DNA from: Candidatus Shapirobacteria bacterium
Lineage (GTDB): Bacteria; Patescibacteriota; Microgenomatia; UBA12405
Reading direction: 5' to 3'
Assembly: GCA_030698565.1 (NCBI GenBank)
Contig: JAUYJS010000005.1
Coordinates: 154,497-218,496, forward strand
Length of the DNA: 64,000 bases
This document shows positions 57,175-64,000 of this stretch, one piece after another. The translations under genes were made by a program, and so were the position numbers. Each line of letters opens with the position of its first letter. Positions within the stretch are counted from its first letter, which is position 1. Below the pieces are notes generated by a model. That model saw nothing but the letters and a program-made list of their open reading frames with translations. It searched no databases and was not told the origin of the DNA.

Positions 57175-57376
57175 TTTCTTTTTCTTTCAATAAAGTCAAG
57201 ATATATACAATCTCATATTTAATCTTTTTAAAGATAGAAGTATCCTTCTGATTGCCAGTATGAAATTTCATTCTGCTTTCAACTAAATTCTTTTTACTAT
57301 TAGAAAGAAGCTTTTGCAACTCAGCGACACTTTTTTGTCTGTAGGAGATTTTATCAGTTTTTTTCATAAATTCCAT
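57164..57376 (-). CDS. rpmC: 50S ribosomal protein L29
   Basis: Between rplP and rpsQ; helical basic protein. Confidence 0.88.
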   Translation of the reverse strand: MEFMKKTDKISYRQKSVAELQKLLSNSKKNLVESRMKFHTGNQKDTSIFKKIKYEIVYILTLLKEKENEK

Positions 57377-57378
57377 AC

Positions 57379-57783
57379 CTATTTTCTTTTAATTATTTTA
57401 GTGATAACGGGTAATTTAGCAGATGCTAGTTTTAAAGCCACTGTTGCTTCTGACTCGGTGACTCCAGAAATTTCAAACATGATACGCCCAGGCTTAACTA
57501 CACTAACATAACCTTTGACATCACCCTTACCAGCACCCAATGGAGCACCAGCACCTTTTTCAGTAATTGGCTTGTCGGGGAAAATTCGAACCCACATACG
57601 ACCGGTTCTTTTGGTGGCATGAGCGATAGCTCGCCTGGCAGATTCGATTTGGTTGGCAGTGACCCAGCTACAGGTCATGGCTTTGAGACCATATTCACCA
57701 AAAGTAACTAGGTTACCTTTGGAGTTGCCGCGCATAGTACCTCTAAATTGTTTTCTATATTTGGTTCTGCTTGGTTGCAACAT
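57379..57783 (-). CDS. rplP: 50S ribosomal protein L16
   Basis: MLQP.RTKYRKQFRG, RIFPDKP, KLP. Confidence 0.97.
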   Translation of the reverse strand: MLQPSRTKYRKQFRGTMRGNSKGNLVTFGEYGLKAMTCSWVTANQIESARRAIAHATKRTGRMWVRIFPDKPITEKGAGAPLGAGKGDVKGYVSVVKPGRIMFEISGVTESEATVALKLASAKLPVITKIIKRK

Positions 57784-57787
57784 AATT

Positions 57788-58429
57788 TTATCCTAAACAC
57801 AAATAAACTTTAACCCCAATATATCCTGAACGAGTCAGAGATGGGTTTTCAAAATAATCAATATTGGATCGAATTGTGCTTAGAGGAACTTTTCCTTGTG
57901 AAAATTTTTCTCGGCGACTAATTTCAGCACCGTTAATTCTACCGGAAAGAATAATTTTTATACCCTTGGCACCAGAAGACATAGATTTTTCCATGGCAGA
58001 TAAAACTACCCTACGATAAGGCATTCTCTTGGTTAGTTGATAGGCAATTTTTTCTGCTACTAATTTGGCTGATAAATCACTGTGCTTAAATTCTTCAACT
58101 TGGATTTCGATATTTATTTTACCAGAAGTTTTGACTAATAATTTTTGAATTTCTTTTTTGGTTGTTTCTAATTCTTTACCACCACGACCAATTACTAATC
58201 CTGGCCGGCTAACAATTAAAATCAATTTTATTTTTTTGACAGACCTTTCGATTCGAGTATCCACAATACCGGCTGAATATAATTTCTTTTGCAAAAGATC
58301 TCTGATGGACTTATCTTCCATTAAAAATTGAGGATATTTCTTTTTATCTGCAAACCAAGAAGACTTCCATTCGGGACTGTTTTTGACAGTCTCTAGTCTA
58401 AAAATGATAGGATTTACTTTTTGACCCAT
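57788..58429 (-). CDS. rpsC: 30S ribosomal protein S3
   Basis: MGQKVNP, RPG.VIGRGG, SGRINGAEI.R. Confidence 0.97.
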   Translation of the reverse strand: MGQKVNPIIFRLETVKNSPEWKSSWFADKKKYPQFLMEDKSIRDLLQKKLYSAGIVDTRIERSVKKIKLILIVSRPGLVIGRGGKELETTKKEIQKLLVKTSGKINIEIQVEEFKHSDLSAKLVAEKIAYQLTKRMPYRRVVLSAMEKSMSSGAKGIKIILSGRINGAEISRREKFSQGKVPLSTIRSNIDYFENPSLTRSGYIGVKVYLCLG

Positions 58430-58432
58430 AAT

Positions 58433-58834
58433 TTATTTATTTCCTTTAACAATTATTTCAAGACGACTATGTCTTTTTTGAATAAGACCACGAGCAAAGC
58501 GAGAACCGTGGGACTTGTCCATTCTTTTAATCTTTTGACCTTCGTCGACTTTGATGATATCAAACTTTAATGTGTCTGTGTTTAAACCAAAATTATTTTT
58601 GGCATCAGCGATAACGTTTTGGACTGACTTGACAAGTAACCGGGCGGCTTTTGTATTGGTAAATTTAAGTTGAGTTAATGCAACCGAAGGAAGTAAGATT
58701 CTAATTCGGTTGACTAAAAGTCTTAATTTCCGAGGGGAAATCATTAAGTTTTTATTTTGATAACGCACACTGACGATCTGAATTTCTTTGACTTCAGTGA
58801 CAGCTGGTTTAATATTTTTAACAGTTTTTGCCAT
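58433..58834 (-). CDS. rplV: 50S ribosomal protein L22
   Basis: ISPRKLRL, KVDEG. Confidence 0.95.
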   Translation of the reverse strand: MAKTVKNIKPAVTEVKEIQIVSVRYQNKNLMISPRKLRLLVNRIRILLPSVALTQLKFTNTKAARLLVKSVQNVIADAKNNFGLNTDTLKFDIIKVDEGQKIKRMDKSHGSRFARGLIQKRHSRLEIIVKGNK

Positions 58835-58837
58835 AGT

Positions 58838-59110
58838 TTATGTCTTTTCAACAACTCTTTTAACAACACGTCCATGACCCTTAAAGGTTCTGGTAGGAGA
58901 AAATTCGCCTAAGCGATGTCCGACCATATCTTCAGTTACATAAACATTAATAAATTTTTTTCCATTATGAACTTCAAAATTTTTGCCGACGAAATCAGGT
59001 GATATTTGACTTCTTCGAGCATATGTTTTGATTGATCCAGCTGTTTGGGCTTGAACTTTTTTTATAAGTTTGGCATCAATATATGGACCTTTTTTGGAAC
59101 TTCTGGACAT
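58838..59110 (-). CDS. rpsS: 30S ribosomal protein S19
   Basis: [23 protein letters not shown]. Confidence 0.97.
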   Translation of the reverse strand: MSRSSKKGPYIDAKLIKKVQAQTAGSIKTYARRSQISPDFVGKNFEVHNGKKFINVYVTEDMVGHRLGEFSPTRTFKGHGRVVKRVVEKT

Positions 59111-59853
59111 TATTTGCGTCGTTTAACAATTAATCTATTGGAGGTATTTTTGCGTTTGCGAGTTCTTTTACCCATGGCTGGTTTACCCCATGGAGTTTTT
59201 GGATTCATACCAATTGAACTTCGACCTTCACCACCGCCGTGTGGATGGGAGTGAGGATTTTGAGCAACTCCTCGGACAGAAGGACGGATACCACGATGTC
59301 GTGAATCTCCGGCTTTAACTAATTTTTGGTTAATATGATCAACATTGCTAACTTGGCCAATGGTTGCTTTGGAGTCGGCATCAAAAATTCTGATTTCTCC
59401 GGAAGGAAGTTTAATAATAGCTTTCTTGTTGTCGATGCTTTGAACATAGGCAGCAGCTCCGGCGGTTTTAATTACTTTAGCTGGTTGGCCTTTTTTGAAT
59501 GCAAGAGCATGAATCGGAATACCAATTGGAATATTTTTGATTAATAAACAATTGCCTTCTTTGATTGGAGCGGCATCTGTGGAAATTAAAACATCATCAA
59601 CTTTGAGATTGGCTGTGGCCAAAATATAAGATTTACTGCCGTCTTCATAATGAAGAAGGGCAATATTGGCGGTTCGATTTGGATCGTATTCAATGGCGGC
59701 TACCTTGGCTTTAATATCGATTTTGTCTCTTTTCCAATCAATTTCTCTTAGAAATCTTTTTTGTTCTCCACCGCGATGTCGGATAGAAACATGGCCTTGA
59801 GAATCTCGTCCGCTAGTTTTTTTCTTAATAGTTAATAATGATTTGACTGCCAT
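59110..59853 (-). CDS. rplB: 50S ribosomal protein L2 (short N-terminus)
   Basis: [34 protein letters not shown]. Confidence 0.97.
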   Translation of the reverse strand: MAVKSLLTIKKKTSGRDSQGHVSIRHRGGEQKRFLREIDWKRDKIDIKAKVAAIEYDPNRTANIALLHYEDGSKSYILATANLKVDDVLISTDAAPIKEGNCLLIKNIPIGIPIHALAFKKGQPAKVIKTAGAAAYVQSIDNKKAIIKLPSGEIRIFDADSKATIGQVSNVDHINQKLVKAGDSRHRGIRPSVRGVAQNPHSHPHGGGEGRSSIGMNPKTPWGKPAMGKRTRKRKNTSNRLIVKRRK

Positions 59854-59856
59854 GGT

Positions 59857-60162
59857 TTATTTGGTTTTAAGAGTTAATAATTCGATTTTTTGATCTTTTT
59901 TGATAAAAATCACAGCTTTCTTCCTGTCGGGTTTATTGATGGTTTTCTTCTTGCGCCAATCTGTTTTGAGTTTACCTTTGATAATATAGGTATTGACTCG
60001 AATTGGATCAATTGAAAAAACCATTTTAAAAGCTTCGGCTATTTGATTCTTGTTGGAGTATGTATTAACCCAAAAAGAATAGTAACCTCTCTCTTGCAGA
60101 GCTAAGGATTTTTCCGTAACAATTGGTTTTAATATAATATTTTGTGGGCTTAATAAGTTCAT
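59857..60162 (-). CDS. rplW: 50S ribosomal protein L23
   Basis: PIVTEKS, KKAV. Confidence 0.95.
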   Translation of the reverse strand: MNLLSPQNIILKPIVTEKSLALQERGYYSFWVNTYSNKNQIAEAFKMVFSIDPIRVNTYIIKGKLKTDWRKKKTINKPDRKKAVIFIKKDQKIELLTLKTK

Positions 60163-60164
60163 GT

Positions 60165-60800
60165 TTATTTGATGATTTTGGCCACTGCTTTTTTGCTAAA
60201 GATCAAAAAGTTTTGGTTTGACAAATCATAAACATTTAAAGATTTTAAAGATAAAAGATTGGTTTTAGGAAGATTTCGAAAAGCTCTTCTCACATTATTC
60301 AGGGTTTTTGTCGTTATAATGCCAACCTTTGAGCTGTCTGATAATACTTCATTTACAGCTCTTAGTCCAGTGAGCAATTTTAAACCTTTTTTGGTTTTAG
60401 GATCGATAGAACCGATTTTGTCGATGACTAAAATCCTTTTATCTTGAGCAAATTTTGTCAAGATTGAATTTAGAGCGGCAATTTTCATTTTTTGAGGCAA
60501 TTTTAGGGTGTAGTTTTGCACACCTCGGGGTCCAAAAGTTACGCCTCCGCCAACAAATAGAGAGGCTTTACGTGAACCATGTCGGGCGCGTCCAGTACCT
60601 TTTTGAGCCCAAACTTTTTGGGTGGTTCCAATGACTTCTGCTCTAGTTTTAGTTTTAGCGTAAGAATGATGTTGATTAGCCAAATAAACTCTAATTGCTT
60701 GAGCAATGAGCTGTTCGGAAATCTTGGCATCGAAGACTGATTTTGGCAAAGTAATTTCGCTTAACTTTTCTGCTTTAGTATTGTAAACTGCGGTTTTCAT
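60165..60800 (-). CDS. rplD: 50S ribosomal protein L4
   Basis: [19 protein letters not shown]. Confidence 0.97.
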   Translation of the reverse strand: MKTAVYNTKAEKLSEITLPKSVFDAKISEQLIAQAIRVYLANQHHSYAKTKTRAEVIGTTQKVWAQKGTGRARHGSRKASLFVGGGVTFGPRGVQNYTLKLPQKMKIAALNSILTKFAQDKRILVIDKIGSIDPKTKKGLKLLTGLRAVNEVLSDSSKVGIITTKTLNNVRRAFRNLPKTNLLSLKSLNVYDLSNQNFLIFSKKAVAKIIK

Positions 60801-60804
60801 ATAA

Positions 60805-61428
60805 TTAGATTTTCTTTAAAATGGTAATCCAGGAATTAAAACTACCAGGAATCGAACCACTGATTGCTATTTCATTAGTTTCTTTGTTTATACTAATGAT
60901 TTTTAATCCAGTAACTGTTTTGTTTTTATTACCGTAATGACCTGGCATTTTTTTACCTCGAACAACCTTGCCTGGGGTTTGAGCACCAATAGAACCTGGA
61001 GCTCTAACTCTGTCTGATTGCCCACCAGAAACTGGTTGACGTTGAAAACCCCACCTTTTGATAACACCAGCGAAACCTCTACCCTTGGAAACACCAGTAA
61101 CATCAACTATGTCGCCGACTGAGAAAACATTGTCTACTGAGATGTCAGTACCAATTTCAATATTTTGATCTGTTACGGCTTTAAATTCTTTGAAATGATT
61201 GGGTTTTATCTCTAGTTTAATTTTTGAAAGTTTATCGAGGGTGGCTTTGTCTAATTTCTTCTTTGTTCCGTAAGCAATTTGAACAGATTGATATTTGTCT
61301 TTATCTTGGGTTTTTATTTGAGTAACTTTGACAGGTAATGCTTGACACCTGGTTACAGAAATTCTGTTACCGTTTTCTAAAAAAACACTGGTCATATGAC
61401 CTTTTTTTACAATGAATCCTGAAATCAT
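60805..61428 (-). CDS. rplC: 50S ribosomal protein L3
   Basis: [29 protein letters not shown]. Confidence 0.97.
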   Translation of the reverse strand: MISGFIVKKGHMTSVFLENGNRISVTRCQALPVKVTQIKTQDKDKYQSVQIAYGTKKKLDKATLDKLSKIKLEIKPNHFKEFKAVTDQNIEIGTDISVDNVFSVGDIVDVTGVSKGRGFAGVIKRWGFQRQPVSGGQSDRVRAPGSIGAQTPGKVVRGKKMPGHYGNKNKTVTGLKIISINKETNEIAISGSIPGSFNSWITILKKI

Positions 61429-61431
61429 AGT

Positions 61432-61743
61432 TTACATCTTAATTTCTACTTCCACGCCAGAAGGTAGGTCTAGGTGCTGAAGAGAATCTACAGTACGAAG
61501 GCTGGTGTTGGAAATATCGATAAGCCTCTTATGAGTAAGAATTTGATAATGATCCCGAGCATTTTTATCTGTGTGGGGACTAGTAAGAACGGTAATTAGT
61601 TTTCTATCTGTGGGCAAAGGAATAGGTCCTTGCACTTGAGCACCAGCGGTAACCGCAGCCTCAACTATTTTGATAGCTGCTTCATCGATAATTCGATGAT
61701 CAAAAGATTTTAATCTAATTCGGATACGGTTACCTTTGGCCAT
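61432..61743 (-). CDS. rpsJ: 30S ribosomal protein S10
   Basis: [26 protein letters not shown]. Confidence 0.97.
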   Translation of the reverse strand: MAKGNRIRIRLKSFDHRIIDEAAIKIVEAAVTAGAQVQGPIPLPTDRKLITVLTSPHTDKNARDHYQILTHKRLIDISNTSLRTVDSLQHLDLPSGVEVEIKM

Positions 61744-61745
61744 AA

Positions 61746-62918
61746 TTATTTTATGATTTCTGTGATAGCGCCGGCACCAACTGTCAAACCACCTTCGCGG
61801 ATAGCGAATCTTTGACCTGGTTGCATGGCCACAGGTTTAATTAATGTAATTGTAACGTTAGCATTGTCACCTGGCATAATCATTTCGGTACCATCGGCTA
61901 ATTTTACATCGCCGGTAACATCAGTAGTTCTAATGAACACTTGAGGTCGGTAACCTGAAAAGATAGGAGTATGACGACCACCTTCTTCTTTTTTGAGTAA
62001 TAAGACTTCAGCTTTGAATTCGGTATGAGGAGTAATGGAAGCAGCTTTGGATAAAATTTGTCCCCTTTCAATGTCTTCTTTTTCTACACCGCGGAGCAAC
62101 AAACCAACATTGTCGCCAGCTTGACCTTGATCAAGAATTTTGTGGAACATTTCTACTCCAGTAACGACTGCTTTTTTGGTGTCTCTTAAACCTACGATTT
62201 CAATTTCATCATTGACCTTAACAATACCTTTTTCAATTCTACCGGTGGCAACGGTACCTCTACCTTTGATGGAGAAGACGTCTTCAATTGGCATTAAAAA
62301 TGGTTTGTCGAGTTCGCGTACAGGTTCAGGAATATAATTGTCGAGTGCATCCATTAATTTTTTAATGGATTCAACACCATCGGCATCACCGTTTAGGGCT
62401 TTAAGAGCTGAACCACGAATAATTGGAGTTTCGTCACCTGGGAATCCGTATTTAGTTAATAAATCACGAATTTCCATCTCGACTAAATCTAAGAATTCAG
62501 GATCTTCAACTAAATCAACTTTATTTAAGAAAACAACTAAGGATGGAACGTTTACTTGTTTGGCCAAAAGAACGTGTTCTCTAGTTTGAGGCATAGGGCC
62601 GTCTGGAGCAGAAACAACCAAAATAGCACCATCCATTTGGGCAGCACCCGTGATCATGTTTTTTACATAATCAGCATGTCCCGGACAATCGATGTGAGCA
62701 TAATGTCTTTTTTCAGTTTCGTATTCAATATGAGAAATAGCAATGGTGACGATTTTAGAGGAGTCTCTAACAGTACCACCTTTTGCAATATCAGCGTAAG
62801 ATTTGGCGCTTCCTTGGATCTTGGACATAGCTGCCGTTAAAGTAGTTTTACCATGATCCACATGACCGATAGTGCCAACGTTAACGTGAGGTTTGGTTCT
62901 TTTATATGTGTCTGCCAT
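61746..62918 (-). CDS. tuf: elongation factor Tu
   Basis: [32 protein letters not shown]. Confidence 0.98.
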   Translation of the reverse strand: MADTYKRTKPHVNVGTIGHVDHGKTTLTAAMSKIQGSAKSYADIAKGGTVRDSSKIVTIAISHIEYETEKRHYAHIDCPGHADYVKNMITGAAQMDGAILVVSAPDGPMPQTREHVLLAKQVNVPSLVVFLNKVDLVEDPEFLDLVEMEIRDLLTKYGFPGDETPIIRGSALKALNGDADGVESIKKLMDALDNYIPEPVRELDKPFLMPIEDVFSIKGRGTVATGRIEKGIVKVNDEIEIVGLRDTKKAVVTGVEMFHKILDQGQAGDNVGLLLRGVEKEDIERGQILSKAASITPHTEFKAEVLLLKKEEGGRHTPIFSGYRPQVFIRTTDVTGDVKLADGTEMIMPGDNANVTITLIKPVAMQPGQRFAIREGGLTVGAGAITEIIK

Positions 62919-63038
62919 TTGTTTTCTCCTTTGTTGTTTTTTGTCTTTTGAGGACTAATTTATAATTAATAATATTTTAGCTTAAAATGCTTTAAGATTG
63001 TATCAACTAATCTTTTTGTTTGCAACACAGTAAAACTG

Positions 63039-64000
63039 TTAAGATTTGACAGTTTTACTAATAAGTAACCCTTCCTGAATTTCGCGAGGAACTGGATCAT
63101 AATGGCTTGGTTCCATATAAAAAGAACCGCGGCCTTGAGTCAAGCTACGAATTACAGTAGCATAACCTCTAACTGCTTCTAGTGGGATAAAAGCCATGAC
63201 GGTAGTAAAGTTTCCCGATTCTGTGGTTCCATTAATTTGGCCGCGCCTGGAAGAAAGGTCTCCAATAACTGAACCTAAAAATTCAGAGGGAGTGCTGACT
63301 TCAAATTTCATAATAGGTTCCAAGATTATTGGTCTGGCTTTTTCGAAAGCATATTTTATGGCGTAAGAACTGGCCAATTTAAAGGCCATTTCGGATGAGT
63401 CGACTTCGTGATAAGTACCGTCGTAAACAGTTACTTTTATATCTGTGGCGGGGTATCCAGCGATAATACCTTTTTTCAAAGTTTCTTTGACACCTTTTTC
63501 AATTGCAGGAATAAAATTGGCTGGAATGGCACCGCCTTTGACGGCGTTTACAAATTCGTAACCCTCACCTCTGTTTTTTGGTTCAATTTTGATTTTACAA
63601 TGACCATACTGACCATGACCACCAGATTGATGAATGTATTTACCTTCGCCCTCGGCATTGGCACTGATTGTTTCTCGATAGGCAACTTGAGGTGAACCGG
63701 TTTTAACATTGACACCAAATTCTCTTTTAAGACGGTCGACAACTATTTCCAAATAAAGCTCGCCCATGCCAGCAATAATTGTTTGTCCGGTTTCGTGGTT
63801 ATAAGTAACTCTAAAGGTAGGATCTTCGATGGCTAGTTTGTTTAGAGCGGTACCCATTTTTTCTTGATCATCGGCAGTTGCTGGTTCAATAGACAAAGAT
63901 ATGACTGGTTCAGAAAATTGAATTGGAGACAAGGATATAGGATTGCTCTTGTCACACAAACTGTCGCCAGTTGTCGACTCTTTTAGACCGATACAAGCAA
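63039..64000 (-). CDS. fusA: elongation factor G (C-terminal part; gene starts beyond window)
   Basis: EDPTF, PQVAYRETI, QSGG.GQYG, HEVDSSEMAF, LEPIM. Confidence 0.97.
   Translation of the reverse strand, partial: ACIGLKESTTGDSLCDKSNPISLSPIQFSEPVISLSIEPATADDQEKMGTALNKLAIEDPTFRVTYNHETGQTIIAGMGELYLEIVVDRLKREFGVNVKTGSPQVAYRETISANAEGEGKYIHQSGGHGQYGHCKIKIEPKNRGEGYEFVNAVKGGAIPANFIPAIEKGVKETLKKGIIAGYPATDIKVTVYDGTYHEVDSSEMAFKLASSYAIKYAFEKARPIILEPIMKFEVSTPSEFLGSVIGDLSSRRGQINGTTESGNFTTVMAFIPLEAVRGYATVIRSLTQGRGSFYMEPSHYDPVPREIQEGLLISKTVKS

Noticed and set aside
369-63742. Many 60-200 aa ORFs antisense to or nested in real genes (e.g. 369-668, 7325-7693, 21317-21799, 40627-41238, 62140-62840)
   Set aside because: Shadow frames of well-supported genes, with no recognisable motifs
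1-64000. CRISPR array, cas genes, reverse transcriptase/DGR, IS transposase, rRNA
   Set aside because: No regularly spaced repeats or corresponding protein/RNA motifs seen by eye

Overview
AT-rich bacterial chromosome segment (standard code 11) with the hallmarks of Patescibacteria/CPR, probably Microgenomates: no rpmD (L30) in the spc operon, archaeal-type AspRS, a very short RNase P RNA, and many genes with a -10 box directly before the ATG. Left to right: envelope and metabolic genes (LCP, pyk, rmlA, GT2-GtrA, trmD); a TasA/SipW fibre-like operon in which SipW is fused to what looks like its own substrate; gltX; an aspS-YbaK fusion preceded by a ~190-nt structured, T-box-like RNA; recJ, cca, secDF, rnpB, miaA (with in-frame REP-like palindromes), ychF, HU, rny, recX and recA; a ~7-kb serine-integrase element at tRNA-Pro(GGG) carrying TerS-like, MuF-like, XRE, Mrr and DUF5677-like genes; ppa; and the fusA-tuf-S10-spc-alpha-rplM-rpsI cluster on the minus strand. 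All family calls come from reading motifs by eye, with no database searches. The best candidates for undescribed systems are the three-gene donor-strand fibre operon (10182-13737), the satellite-like tRNA-Pro element and the RNA upstream of aspS.
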